Shown: piece by piece, positions 1-9,861 of the stretch
Numbering within the stretch: the first letter of the stretch is position 1
Layout: each line of letters begins with the position of its first letter
Assembly (NCBI GenBank): GCA_041662125.1
Contig: JBAZTA010000002.1
Location: forward strand, 268,154 to 332,153
Direction of reading: 5' to 3'
DNA length: 64,000 bases
Source of the DNA: Candidatus Omnitrophota bacterium
GTDB lineage: Bacteria > Omnitrophota > Gorgyraeia > Gygaellales > Profunditerraquicolaceae
Position numbers and translations under genes: made by a program
Notes under the pieces: model-generated
What the model saw: the letters and a program-made list of their open reading frames with translations, nothing else
Databases searched by the model: none
What the model was told of the DNA's origin: nothing

Positions 1-244
1 AGCGTTTGAAAATGTTAAGTCGCTTGATGAGATAAAAGTGCAGGATACCCTTAGCGTAGATTACATCATTGGGGCTGATAATAAAAGTTTAGCGCGCAAT
101 ATCAGTGTTGAGCGCCCGGAAGAGCCGGTTATTCCTTTAGACAATCTTGAGCCTCCTCTTAATCTGGAAGGCGCGCCAGTATCTCAGCCGGAGATAAAGG
201 CAGGAGATAATCCGCAAGCTGACCTTGAACCTAAAAAACAATAA
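1..244 (+). CDS. 3' end of a CDS that begins upstream of the window (hypothetical protein, Pro/Glu-rich C-terminus)
   Basis: The frame is open from the window edge and stops at 244. No recognisable motif. Confidence 0.35.
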   Translation, partial: AFENVKSLDEIKVQDTLSVDYIIGADNKSLARNISVERPEEPVIPLDNLEPPLNLEGAPVSQPEIKAGDNPQADLEPKKQ

Positions 245-296
245 TATTTTTTAAGAAAAGGGTTTTTAATTCACCGAGGGCGTCCCTGTTTCCAAG

Positions 297-953
297 ATGC
301 CCTTTTTTATTATGGATAATAAAAAGCTGGCAATATTTGATCTCGATGGAACGTTAATTGACGCGTATCCTGCGATTGTCAGGAGTTTTAATTATACGAT
401 GCGCGCGTTTGGCTATCCGGCGCAGAAAACGTTGGTTATTCGCCGCGCTGTAGGCTGGGGCGATAAATATCTTTTGGCTCCTTTTGTGAAAAAAAAGCAT
501 TTGTCCGGCGCGCTTTTAGTATACCGGCGCCATCACAAGAATGCGTTGCGCGCGTATGCAAAGACAATTCCCGGGGCGAAAAGAGTATTGCGCTATTTAA
601 GGAATAAAGGGTATAGGTTAGCAGTCGCCAGTAACCGGCCGACATTTTTTTCCCGCATACTGATCCGTACTTTGGGCTTGAAACAGTATTTTGATTTCGT
701 CTTGTGCGCGGATAAACTGAAGCTTGGAAAGCCGCACCCTGAGATCTTGGAAAAAATCCTGAAAAAACTTCACGCAGAAGCAAAACATACTGTTTATATT
801 GGAGATATGACTATTGACGCTCAGGCAGGCAGGCGCGCTCATATTGATACTATTATTGTGACCACGGGATCAAGTTCGGAAACAGAAATTGTGCGTGAAA
901 AGCCGTATCGCGTAATAAGCGATATCCGCGGGTTGCTTAAAATATTGTCATAG
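297..953 (+). CDS. HAD-family hydrolase (phosphoglycolate phosphatase-like)
   Basis: FDLDGTLID motif I, a conserved S/T and K, and a C-terminal GD-x-x-D motif. Confidence 0.8.
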   Translation: MPFFIMDNKKLAIFDLDGTLIDAYPAIVRSFNYTMRAFGYPAQKTLVIRRAVGWGDKYLLAPFVKKKHLSGALLVYRRHHKNALRAYAKTIPGAKRVLRYLRNKGYRLAVASNRPTFFSRILIRTLGLKQYFDFVLCADKLKLGKPHPEILEKILKKLHAEAKHTVYIGDMTIDAQAGRRAHIDTIIVTTGSSSETEIVREKPYRVISDIRGLLKILS

Positions 954-1061
954 GCGGCAATTGTAGCCATAAGTAAAAAGTCAACCTTTGACAGCGATGG
1001 TGCATTTAACTTGACCTGAAGCGAAAAATTTGGTATAGTAACACATAATTGAGGAGGAAGT

Positions 1062-1625
1062 ATGAGAAAAACTACCTTAGGTGTATGGTTAGGGATTTTT
1101 CTGTCTTTTTGTGTCAGTACTCACGTATTTGCAGGTGAGAAAAAGCAGAGCATGATCCTGCTTATTTCCGAACAAAATATTGAAGGCCCGCAGCGTGCCT
1201 GGTGGGCAAGCGAAATTGATCTTTCAACGACCGAGGCCCGGATTATTGCGAAATTAACTGTACAGGGCTATGATATTCTTGAACCTGCTTTATTGGCTGA
1301 AACTATTAAAAAAGAACCGGCGTTCCGGCAGGTGAATTTATCAGAGCAGGAGTCCATAAAATTGGGGAATCTTTCCCACGCGGATTATGTGATCGTCGGT
1401 AAAGCTGTTGCTTCTGCCGGAGGGGTAGTTCCGCAATCAACGATGCGTTCTTGTTTTGCGAATCTTACTGCTAAATTGATCAATGTAAAAGAGGGGAAAA
1501 TAGTGGCGTATCTTGAAGCGTCGGGTAACTCTGTCCATCTGGATGTTATTACCGGAGGCAAAGAAGCGTTGGCAAATGCTGCTGATGATTTGGCACAGAA
1601 ATTATTAGAAGCATTGAAGAAGTAA
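1062..1625 (+). CDS. hypothetical secreted protein/lipoprotein
   Basis: N-terminal signal peptide and a strong GGAGG RBS upstream. It is co-oriented with the CsgG-like gene that follows. Confidence 0.55.
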   Translation: MRKTTLGVWLGIFLSFCVSTHVFAGEKKQSMILLISEQNIEGPQRAWWASEIDLSTTEARIIAKLTVQGYDILEPALLAETIKKEPAFRQVNLSEQESIKLGNLSHADYVIVGKAVASAGGVVPQSTMRSCFANLTAKLINVKEGKIVAYLEASGNSVHLDVITGGKEALANAADDLAQKLLEALKK

Positions 1626-1638
1626 AGGAGAGCCTTAG

Positions 1639-2388
1639 ATGAAGAAAGTATCAGTGTTCTTGATAGGCAGTATGGTTGCTTTTACTTTTATAGGATGTAC
1701 TACCTTGCAGCAGATTACCCAGCCTACTGCGCAGGTTGATAATAATGTCGGGACTCAGCCGTTGCCTCCATATGCTGGGCCAAGAGCCCGGATTGCGATA
1801 GCTGATTTTGATGTTAAAGCGGCAAAAGCGTATGGTGAGATCGGTTCGGGGTTACGGGAGATGTTGGTGACTGCTCTTATTAATAGCAGCCGTTTTAGCG
1901 TTGTTGAGCGCCAGGCGTTAAGCGCGGTAATGCAGGAGCAGGAGCTTTCTGCATCAGGCGCTGCCCAACAAGGAAGCGGGGGCCCGCAACGTGGTAAGAT
2001 CAAGACCGCTGATCTGGTTGTTACTGCCGCGGTCACAGAATTTGAGCCTCAGGCTTCAGGGGGAAGTGCCGGTATCGGCGGTGGGGGTGGTGTGGGAAGC
2101 GGGATCTTGGGAGGGTTATTGGGAGCTGCGTTAAATAAGGCCCATATGGCTTTAGATATCCGTATCATCGATACTTCAACGTCTGAAGTTTTGGCAGCTA
2201 CCCGCGTGCAGGGCCAGGCCTCTGATATTTCCGGCGGTTTTATGGCTGGCTTTTTTGGTGGATGGGGGTTAGGAGGCGGGCTATCGATGTACGCAAATAC
2301 TCCGATGGAGAAAGCTATCCGTGTTTGTATCATTGAAGCGGTGCGCTATATCTCTCAGACAATCCCTGCGAATTATTACAAGTATTAA
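1639..2388 (+). CDS. CsgG-family lipoprotein (curli-type secretion component-like)
   Basis: Lipobox FIGC, the CsgG-like block RIAIADFD...SSRFSVVERQAL...QEQELSASG, and internal Gly-rich segments. Confidence 0.6.
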   Translation: MKKVSVFLIGSMVAFTFIGCTTLQQITQPTAQVDNNVGTQPLPPYAGPRARIAIADFDVKAAKAYGEIGSGLREMLVTALINSSRFSVVERQALSAVMQEQELSASGAAQQGSGGPQRGKIKTADLVVTAAVTEFEPQASGGSAGIGGGGGVGSGILGGLLGAALNKAHMALDIRIIDTSTSEVLAATRVQGQASDISGGFMAGFFGGWGLGGGLSMYANTPMEKAIRVCIIEAVRYISQTIPANYYKY

Positions 2389-2627
2389 ATCAGGTTCTTT
2401 TTATTAACCATTCTTTCAGAGCGGGTAGCGTAATGCCCTGAAGGAAAATCAAGACACATAACGTAGGGAGGGCTACCTTCATACGTTAGTTCATCTTCAC
2501 ATGGGAAAACGTAAACGTAGAGGAAAACTTAATTGGCGTTCCAAAAAAGCTAATAAAGGTAGAAAACCAAATTTAGGATAAGCTTTTAGGTTTTCGTTCT
2601 AAAACCTCATATCTTGCCTGGCCTTTC

Positions 2628-3368
2628 ATGGTACTCATTTGGATCCTGATAAGCACTTTTGTGGTAAGCGCCCTTTCGCTGATAGGAATCATTACCCTGG
2701 CGATAAAGGATAAATTATTACACAAGGTCCTTTTCTGCCTGATCGGGTTCTCCGCCGGGTCATTGATCGGCGGAGCATTTTTGCATATCCTGCCTGAAGC
2801 CGTAGAAAGCTGTCCTGGGAATGCGGTTTTTTATTATTTTATCCTGGGGCTCATTCTTTTTTTCATGATGGAGCATTATTTTTATTGGCGCCATTGCCAT
2901 GACGGGCCGTGTGAAATTCACGCTTTTACCTATTTAAATCTTATCGGCGACAGTTTCCATAATTTTATTGATGGTATGGTTATTGCAGCAAGCTATGTTG
3001 TTTCGTTTCAGCTTGGAGTTGTAACGACGGTTGCGGTTATTTTGCATGAAATCCCCCAGGAAATAGGCGATTTTGGCGTCTTGATTTACGGCGGTTTTAC
3101 CAAAAAGAAAGCTTTGATATATAATTATATCTCGGCATTAACCGCTGTAGTCGGTGCGTTGGTAGGTTATGCGTTAGCAGGGGTGATCCCTTACATATCT
3201 AATTTTATTCTACCGCTTACCGCAGGCGGCTTTACCTATATTGCCATGTCCGACCTTATCCCGGAAATCCATAAAGAGAAAGATAAAAAGCGTTCGCTTG
3301 CGGCATTTATCGCGTTTTTAGCTGGCATCGGTTTTATGGCGCTCTTCAAAATAGTCTTTAAAGAATAA
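2628..3368 (+). CDS. zupT: ZIP-family zinc/metal transporter
   Basis: Signature HNFIDGMVIAAS and HEIPQEIGDFGVL, with multi-TM hydropathy. Confidence 0.85.
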   Translation: MVLIWILISTFVVSALSLIGIITLAIKDKLLHKVLFCLIGFSAGSLIGGAFLHILPEAVESCPGNAVFYYFILGLILFFMMEHYFYWRHCHDGPCEIHAFTYLNLIGDSFHNFIDGMVIAASYVVSFQLGVVTTVAVILHEIPQEIGDFGVLIYGGFTKKKALIYNYISALTAVVGALVGYALAGVIPYISNFILPLTAGGFTYIAMSDLIPEIHKEKDKKRSLAAFIAFLAGIGFMALFKIVFKE

Positions 3369-3476
3369 CCTCCCCATTAAAAAACGTTTTCTCAATTGCT
3401 TTCTTATTTTGTTTAATATACAATAATTCAATAACCTTTAGGTGTGGAGTGTGATTTTCTAACGGGTGGAAAATTA

Positions 3477-3710
3477 ATGAGAAAATTATCGTTAGTACAG
3501 ATGGATGTTAAACAAAAAGGGAAGATCCTGGAAGTCCTTGGTGGTAAGGCATTGCAGCACCGTTTTATGACGATGGGTATTTATGAGGGAAGGGAAGTCG
3601 TGAAATTGAGCCATTTTATTCTAAAAGGCCCGGTCGCAATGAGAGTCGGCAGAAGTGTCTTAGCACTCGGCTATGGTATGGCAAGTAAAATTATTGTCGG
3701 AGTAGAATGA
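3477..3710 (+). CDS. feoA: ferrous iron transport protein A (FeoA)
   Basis: Small SH3-like FeoA domain translationally coupled to feoB through an ATGA overlap. The start was moved to the ATG at 3477, which has an RBS. Confidence 0.75.
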   Translation: MRKLSLVQMDVKQKGKILEVLGGKALQHRFMTMGIYEGREVVKLSHFILKGPVAMRVGRSVLALGYGMASKIIVGVE

Positions 3711-5431
3711 TACGGAAAATCTTCTTGATGGGTAATCCTAATGTCGGGAAATCTATGGTCTTTTCCCGGTTGACCGGGGTTCAGGTCATTGTTTCTAATT
3801 ATCCCGGTTCTACGGTTGAGATTGCAAAAGGATATTTAAAGATAGGCGAAGAGAAGATAGAAGTTGTTGACCTCCCCGGGACGTATTCTTTGCAGCCTAA
3901 TTCAAAAGCTGAAGAGATCGCCGTGGCATTGTTGCAGCAGGAGGCCAAAGATGAGGTCGCGGTTATAAATGTTATTGACTCGACTAATCTTGAACGCAAT
4001 CTTTTCTTAAGCCTGCAGCTTATTGAAGAAGAATACCCTGTGCTTGTTTGTTTAAATATGTGCGATGACATGAAACATCGGGGTATCTCTCTTGATGTCG
4101 TAAAGCTTGAAGAGCTCTTAGGAGTACCGGTGATCCTTACCTGCGCAATAACCGGTGTCGGGATAAAATATTTAATTGAAAGGATCCCGGATAAGAAAGT
4201 CGGACTGATCAAGAAACTTGAACATCAACAACGTTGGCTGGAGATCGGCAGGATCGTGGAAGCGGTACAGAAGTTGACTCACCGCCATCATACGTTCCGG
4301 GAACTCATGGAAGATGCTTCGGTTAAGCCGCTGACCGGCAGTCTTATGGCTATCGGTATATTGTTTCTTGCGTTTAAACTGGTGCGTTTCATCGGAGAAT
4401 CACTGATCACATACTGTTTTGATCCGCTCTTCTTTAATTTCTATAAACCTTTACTTGATAAAGTTAGTTTGGCTTTGGGTAGCGATGGCTTTCTGCATCA
4501 TCTGCTTATTGGCGATTTGATTAACGGAAAGATCGATTTTAAACAGTCTTTAGGGGTCTTAACGACTGCTCCGTATATTGAGTTTGATATGGTCCTGCCG
4601 TACATTATTTCTTTTTATTTTGTTTTAAGTTTCCTGGAGGATATGGGGTTCCTTCCGCGCCTGGCAATATTGCTGGATAATTTGTTCCACCGTTTAGGCT
4701 TGCATGGGTACGCCATTATCCCCGTGCTTCTGGGTTTTGGCTGTAATGTCCCGGGAATTCTATCTACCCGGATGTTGGAATCAAAGCGGGAGCGTTTTAT
4801 TGTTTCGACGCTCATCTCGATCGGTATTCCCTGCGTGCCTCTCCAGGCGATGATATTCGGGGTATTAGGGAAGTATTCCGGTTTTTATGTCGGCGGAGTA
4901 TACCTGATATTGTTTTCTCTTTGGTTGATACTGGGGCTTATCCTTAACAGGTTTTTAAAAGGCTATAGCCCGGAATTCATAATGGAGATACCATCGTATC
5001 GCCTGCCGCCTCTGGGAATGCTTTTGCAGAAACTTTTATTCCGCGTCAAAGGGTTTTTGATAGAAGCGATCCCGGTTGTGTTATTGGGGGTTTTGGTCGT
5101 GAATCTTCTTTTGTATTCGCATACCTTGGACCTGGTGACGGGAATATTCTCTCCCCTTATGAAAGGGCTGTTCGGTTTGCCTAATGAGGCGATCATTGCT
5201 TTAACCATCGGGTTTATCCGTAAAGATGTCGCTGTCGGCATGTTGGTTCCCTTAGGTTTGACGGTAAAACAGCTGTTTATTGCCACTACATTACTTGCCA
5301 TATCTTTTCCTTGTGTAGCTACGTTTATGGTCCTCTGGAAAGAATTAGGGTTTAAGGCCCTGCTGAAAGCCACCGGTATTATGATCTTAACCGGTATGCT
5401 GGTGGGGGGGCTCCTTAGGATCTTTTTATGA
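3707..5431 (+). CDS. feoB: ferrous iron transporter B (FeoB)
   Basis: N-terminal G-domain GNPNVGKS followed by a polytopic membrane domain. Confidence 0.95.
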   Translation: MIRKIFLMGNPNVGKSMVFSRLTGVQVIVSNYPGSTVEIAKGYLKIGEEKIEVVDLPGTYSLQPNSKAEEIAVALLQQEAKDEVAVINVIDSTNLERNLFLSLQLIEEEYPVLVCLNMCDDMKHRGISLDVVKLEELLGVPVILTCAITGVGIKYLIERIPDKKVGLIKKLEHQQRWLEIGRIVEAVQKLTHRHHTFRELMEDASVKPLTGSLMAIGILFLAFKLVRFIGESLITYCFDPLFFNFYKPLLDKVSLALGSDGFLHHLLIGDLINGKIDFKQSLGVLTTAPYIEFDMVLPYIISFYFVLSFLEDMGFLPRLAILLDNLFHRLGLHGYAIIPVLLGFGCNVPGILSTRMLESKRERFIVSTLISIGIPCVPLQAMIFGVLGKYSGFYVGGVYLILFSLWLILGLILNRFLKGYSPEFIMEIPSYRLPPLGMLLQKLLFRVKGFLIEAIPVVLLGVLVVNLLLYSHTLDLVTGIFSPLMKGLFGLPNEAIIALTIGFIRKDVAVGMLVPLGLTVKQLFIATTLLAISFPCVATFMVLWKELGFKALLKATGIMILTGMLVGGLLRIFL

Positions 5432-6432
5432 AAGCATTTGCGTTACTTTCAGGCGGCCTCGATAGTTTACTGGCGGCACAATTGATCCATCTGCAGGGTA
5501 TAGAAGTGATCGCTTTGCATTTTAATATCCCCTTTTATTCATCAAAGAAAAGTAATAAAGAATCAGCGCCTGCGTTTGTCAGCCAGGCTGTTTCTCACCT
5601 TGGGATATCCTTAAGAACTGTCGATATCTCGGAAGACTTCCTTAATATTTTACTGAAGCCAAAGTTCGGTTATGGCTCTAATATCAATCCTTGTATTGAT
5701 TGTAAGATCCTGATGTTCCGTAAGGCAAAAGAATTGATGGGGCCCGAAGGAGTTTCTTTTGTTGTTTCCGGCGAGGTCCTGGGCCAGCGCCCGATGTCAC
5801 AGCATCGTAAAGCCTTGGAAAGTATTGATGAAGAATCAGGTTTACAAGGTTTGATTATCCGTCCGCTCTCAGGATTGCTTTTTCCTGAAACTATCCCTGA
5901 ACAAAAAGGATGGGTCACGCGAAGCCGGTTGTTAGGTTTTAACGGAAGAGGACGCAGGCCGCAGATGGATTTGGCAGCAGAATTTGGAATAAAACAATAT
6001 GCAAATCCTGCGGGCGGCTGTTTGTTGACGGATCCTTTGTTTAAGAAAAGGGTTGAAGATCTGATAAAGCACAATGAAGTGAATTTGAGAAATGTCGCAT
6101 TGTTGAAAGTCGGCAGGCATTTTAGGCTGTCGGCGCAGTCTAAATTGGTCGTCGGAAGGGATGAGTCCGAAAACGACGAACTTGTCAAGTTATCTCAAGA
6201 GAGCGACTATTGTTTTATGCCGTCGCTGACAGCCGCAGGAGCGACTGCTTTAGGTATTGGGATGTTCAATGATGAGTTGGTCAGGTTTTCCTGCAGTATT
6301 AATGCCCGCTATTGCGATCTCAATGGCGCAAAGACAGCGCGGATACTGTATCGTAAGGGAGTTCAGGGAAATTTTTCTGCCGGGGAAGTTTCTCCGCTTG
6401 AAGAAAGAGAGCTTCAAGCGTTACGGATATGA
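5428..6432 (+). CDS. PP-loop ATPase, ThiI-like tRNA sulfurtransferase core without a THUMP domain
   Basis: SGGLDS PP-loop, a GEVLGQRPMSQ block similar to ThiI's GESLGQVASQT, and a CIDC motif. Confidence 0.6.
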   Translation: MKAFALLSGGLDSLLAAQLIHLQGIEVIALHFNIPFYSSKKSNKESAPAFVSQAVSHLGISLRTVDISEDFLNILLKPKFGYGSNINPCIDCKILMFRKAKELMGPEGVSFVVSGEVLGQRPMSQHRKALESIDEESGLQGLIIRPLSGLLFPETIPEQKGWVTRSRLLGFNGRGRRPQMDLAAEFGIKQYANPAGGCLLTDPLFKKRVEDLIKHNEVNLRNVALLKVGRHFRLSAQSKLVVGRDESENDELVKLSQESDYCFMPSLTAAGATALGIGMFNDELVRFSCSINARYCDLNGAKTARILYRKGVQGNFSAGEVSPLEERELQALRI

Positions 6433-6436
6433 TCCT

Positions 6437-7450
6437 ATGAAGAAAGAAGCGCTTCTGTATGAAAAACTCGCTGATGCCGCGGTTCACTGTTATTTATGCG
6501 CTCACCATTGCAGAGTAGAGCGCTCACAATTCGGTTTTTGCGGGGTGCGTCAGAATATTGATGGTGTTTTGTATACCCATGTTTATGGCGAAGTGGTCTC
6601 ACTGAACGTTGACCCTATTGAGAAAAAACCGCTGTTTCATTTCCTTCCCGGGACAGAAAGCCTCTCGCTTGCGACCATCGGCTGTAATTTCCGCTGCGGA
6701 TTCTGTCAGAATTGGCAGATCTCCCAGGAATCAGTGCGGGATGGTTCAGCTGTGAAGGCTCAAGAGATCGCTGCGGCAGATATTGTAAAGGCGGCAATCA
6801 AAAACAAATGTAAAAGTATTTCATATACGTATACTGAGCCGACTATTTTCTTTGAATACGCTTTTGATATCGCGAAATTAGCTAAATCTCAAGGCATACG
6901 TAATAATTTTGTTACTAATGGGTATATGACTCAGGAAGCGCTCCGTTTGATCGCTCCGTATCTTGATTCGGCGAACGTTGACTTAAAGGCTTTTCAAGAG
7001 GGATCATATAAAAAAGTCTGCGCTGCGCATCTTAAGCCTGTTTTGGATTCAATTAAATTAATGCAGAAGCTCGGGGTTTGGATTGAAGTGACGACACTTA
7101 TTGTCCCGGGGTTTAATGATTCCAGGCAAGAGCTTACGGATATCGCGCAATTTATTGCTGAAGTTGATACTGCTATCCCCTGGCATATTTCACGGTTTCA
7201 TCCTGATTATCAGTTTGCCAGTTATGAGGCGACTCCTGAGAAAACACTTAAATTTGCGCAGGAGTTGGGGTACAAGGCGGGGTTGAAATTTGTTTATGTG
7301 GGTAATGTCTATGGATGGGGGAGTGATACCTCTTGCCCGTCCTGTAAGAAGCTTTTGGTCAAGCGAGAAGGGTTTAGTATTCTGGAAAACAATATTCAAT
7401 CCGGCGCCTGTGTTTATTGTCATGCTCGTATCCCTGGGATCTTTTCCTGA
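6437..7450 (+). CDS. radical SAM enzyme (AmmeMemoRadiSam-system / PFL-activase-like)
   Basis: CNFRCGFCQN CxxxCxxC motif with an N-terminal CxxC-rich region. The ORF-track start at 6257 overlaps the upstream gene; the start was moved to the ATG at 6437. Confidence 0.8.
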   Translation: MKKEALLYEKLADAAVHCYLCAHHCRVERSQFGFCGVRQNIDGVLYTHVYGEVVSLNVDPIEKKPLFHFLPGTESLSLATIGCNFRCGFCQNWQISQESVRDGSAVKAQEIAAADIVKAAIKNKCKSISYTYTEPTIFFEYAFDIAKLAKSQGIRNNFVTNGYMTQEALRLIAPYLDSANVDLKAFQEGSYKKVCAAHLKPVLDSIKLMQKLGVWIEVTTLIVPGFNDSRQELTDIAQFIAEVDTAIPWHISRFHPDYQFASYEATPEKTLKFAQELGYKAGLKFVYVGNVYGWGSDTSCPSCKKLLVKREGFSILENNIQSGACVYCHARIPGIFS

Positions 7451-7484
7451 TTCCCAACTCCTTGTGAAATAAGAGCAGTTTGAT

Positions 7485-7615
7485 TTGTTTTACAATGAAT
7501 CTGGCGGTTTTTCGAGCGCATCACGATTTTAGCCAAAGAACATTGGCGTGCCGCCATGCTTTGTGGCGGAAAATCGTGCTTAAGCGAGAAAAACGACAGA
7601 TTCATTGTAAAACAA
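7485..7615. repeat. 131-nt nested imperfect palindrome (long hairpin) in the intergenic region
   Basis: Outer 18-bp perfect arms 7485..7502 and 7598..7615; inner 9-bp arms 7522..7530 and 7570..7578; central hairpin ccgcca/tggcgg at 7551..7569. Confidence 0.7.
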
Positions 7616-7733
7616 TCAAAGATTTCGTTATTTAACTTAGGTCTTCTTTACTTTTCCATTGCTCAAGGCGTAGTTAAGCAGTAAAATGAAATATAGTTAG
7701 AGTAGGTAATCATTTAACTAATCGAATAAAACC

Positions 7734-8528
7734 ATGCATCGTATTATTATTACTTTAGGGCCGTTTACCGTTTATTCCTATGGGCTTATGTTGGCTTTGG
7801 CATTTGTCATTGGCACGTATTTAGCTCATATGAGGGCAAAGGCAGCAGGCTTAAAGCCTGATAAACTAACCGACCTTATTTTTTATATCCTGGTTTTTTC
7901 GCTTGTCGGCGCGCGGCTTTTCTTTGTTGCGGTTAACTTCGAATACTATAAAAGTCATCTTTTTGATATCTTTAAAGTATGGGAAGGCGGCCTTGTTTTC
8001 TATGGAGGTTTGATATTTGGTTTTTGTGCCGCGGCCTGGTTTTCGAAGAAACATAAAATATCATTTTGGAAGACGCTCGATATTTTAAGCCCTTCTCTCG
8101 CTTTAGGCATTGTCTTGGGCAGGATCGGTTGTTTCTTGAACGGCTGTTGTTATGGAAAGCTTGCGCGATGGTGGGGGGTGTGTTTTCCTGGAGCGGAAAA
8201 TCCACCAGCTTTTAGCCAACAGGTGTTTGATGGATTGATTTCTCCTGTTGCGCGCTATTCTCTTCCCGTAATCCCGACACAGGTTTATGATGCCCTTGCT
8301 AATCTTATTGTTTTTTGCGTTCTTCTTGTGCTTGAAAAACAGAAAAGATTTGACGGGTTTTTGTTCCTGGTTTTTATCATTTTATATTCGATAAACAGGT
8401 TTGTGATCGAGAGCTATCGGTATTATGAACAAAATTTTGTGGTGTTTAATAGTATAACCATTTCTCAGCTTATCAGTATTATCTTAGCGGTCAGTGCTGC
8501 TGTACTGTTATTTAAGAGGCGCACTTGA
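7734..8528 (+). CDS. lgt: prolipoprotein diacylglyceryl transferase
   Basis: Lgt signature GRIGCFLNGCCYGK and the overall TM topology. Confidence 0.9.
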   Translation: MHRIIITLGPFTVYSYGLMLALAFVIGTYLAHMRAKAAGLKPDKLTDLIFYILVFSLVGARLFFVAVNFEYYKSHLFDIFKVWEGGLVFYGGLIFGFCAAAWFSKKHKISFWKTLDILSPSLALGIVLGRIGCFLNGCCYGKLARWWGVCFPGAENPPAFSQQVFDGLISPVARYSLPVIPTQVYDALANLIVFCVLLVLEKQKRFDGFLFLVFIILYSINRFVIESYRYYEQNFVVFNSITISQLISIILAVSAAVLLFKRRT

Positions 8529-8566
8529 GGTAAGCATGAGAAAACAAAATAAAAAAGGGACCTCAA

Positions 8567-9841
8567 ATGATTGAACCAAAATTTATTGCTTTAGTGACTT
8601 TTATTATCGCGTATGTGCTTTTTGTTTTCTTCCCAAACAAAAGAACGAATATCGCAGTCGTTGGCGCTGCTTTACTTATGGCAGGGGGAGCTATTTCTTT
8701 GAAGGAGGCGTTTTTAGCGATCAATTGGAATGTTATGGGTATTTTTGTGGGAACGTTAGTAGTTGCTGATGTTTTTATGGAAAGCCGTGTCCCTGCTTAT
8801 ATCGCGGAGGTCATTGTCGATAAGGCGCGCAATACCACCTGGGCGATCTTATCAATTTGCCTTTTAACCGGATTTATTTCGGCATTTGTAGAAAATGTGG
8901 CCACGGTTTTAATTGTTGCCCCTATTGCCTTGGCATTAGCCAAGAAACTAAAGATTAACCCGGTCAAGATGATGATCGCAATTGCGGTATCGAGCAATTT
9001 ACAGGGGACAGCGACTTTAATCGGTGACCCTCCCAGTATGCTTTTGGGTGGTTTCGCGAAAATGAATTTTGGGGATTTCTTTTTTTATAAAGGAAAACCC
9101 AGCATATTTTTCGCGGTGGAATTAGGGGCCCTGGCTTCGTTCTTTGTTTTGTATTATATATTCAGGCCTCATAAAGAAAAAGTGGCAGTGGTAGCGATTG
9201 AAAAAATAAGATCATGGGTGCCGACCATTATTTTGGTGGTGTTGATTTTCTCGCTTGCCCTGAGTTCGTTTTTTGATGCGGGATTTTCATATATGGCAGG
9301 CATATTGTGTATGATAGCTGCCGTGGCTGCTATTGTTTGGGAGAAGTTTGTCAATAAAAGTTCTATTGTTGAAGGCGTAAAATCTTTGGATTGGGAGACG
9401 ACATTTTTCCTCATGGGTATCTTTATCCTGGTGGGAAGTGTTACTCTTACCGGGTGGATTGAGGTGCTTGCAAATTTTCTTTCAGGGTTGGTGGGCGAAA
9501 ATATCTTTATGGGATATACGCTGGTGGTGTTCCTGTCGGTTTTTCTTTCCGCGTTTATCGATAATGTGCCTTTTTTGGCAGCGATGCTTCCGGTTGCGAT
9601 CTCAATGTCAAATACGTTAAATATTAATCCGTCATTATTTCTATTCGGCTTGCTCATTGGCACCAGTTTAGGCGGGAATATCACTCCCATCGGAGCTTCA
9701 GCCAATATAGTTACCTGCGGGTTGCTGAAAAAAGAAGGTTATGAGGTAACTTTTAAAGATTTTTTCAAGATAGGGTTTCCGTTCACGCTGGTTGCGGTAA
9801 GCGCGGCATATTTATTTGTCTGGTTTATTTGGGGAAAATAG
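8567..9841 (+). CDS. ArsB/NhaD-superfamily anion/cation permease
   Basis: Polytopic membrane protein with the repeated-hairpin architecture typical of the ion-transporter superfamily. Confidence 0.7.
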   Translation: MIEPKFIALVTFIIAYVLFVFFPNKRTNIAVVGAALLMAGGAISLKEAFLAINWNVMGIFVGTLVVADVFMESRVPAYIAEVIVDKARNTTWAILSICLLTGFISAFVENVATVLIVAPIALALAKKLKINPVKMMIAIAVSSNLQGTATLIGDPPSMLLGGFAKMNFGDFFFYKGKPSIFFAVELGALASFFVLYYIFRPHKEKVAVVAIEKIRSWVPTIILVVLIFSLALSSFFDAGFSYMAGILCMIAAVAAIVWEKFVNKSSIVEGVKSLDWETTFFLMGIFILVGSVTLTGWIEVLANFLSGLVGENIFMGYTLVVFLSVFLSAFIDNVPFLAAMLPVAISMSNTLNINPSLFLFGLLIGTSLGGNITPIGASANIVTCGLLKKEGYEVTFKDFFKIGFPFTLVAVSAAYLFVWFIWGK

Positions 9842-9861
9842 ATATTTAGATTGGGGTTCAC

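Noticed and set aside
2041-2300. Gly-rich low-complexity stretch (GGSAGIGGGGGVGSGILGG...) considered as a DNA repeat or a collagen-like feature.
   Set aside because: It is in-frame within the CsgG-like lipoprotein, and such Gly-rich loops occur in that family. It is not an independent repeat element.
3395-3445. Possible Fur box upstream of feoA (aatatacaataattcaataacc).
   Set aside because: Only a partial resemblance to the 19-bp GATAATGATAATCATTATC consensus, with no clear dyad symmetry. Too weak to call without a PWM scan.
6257-6436. ORF-track start of the radical SAM gene at 6257, overlapping 176 nt of the upstream PP-loop gene.
   Set aside because: The overlap is implausibly long. An in-frame ATG at 6437, directly after the upstream stop, gives a sensible N-terminus (MKKEALLYEK...).
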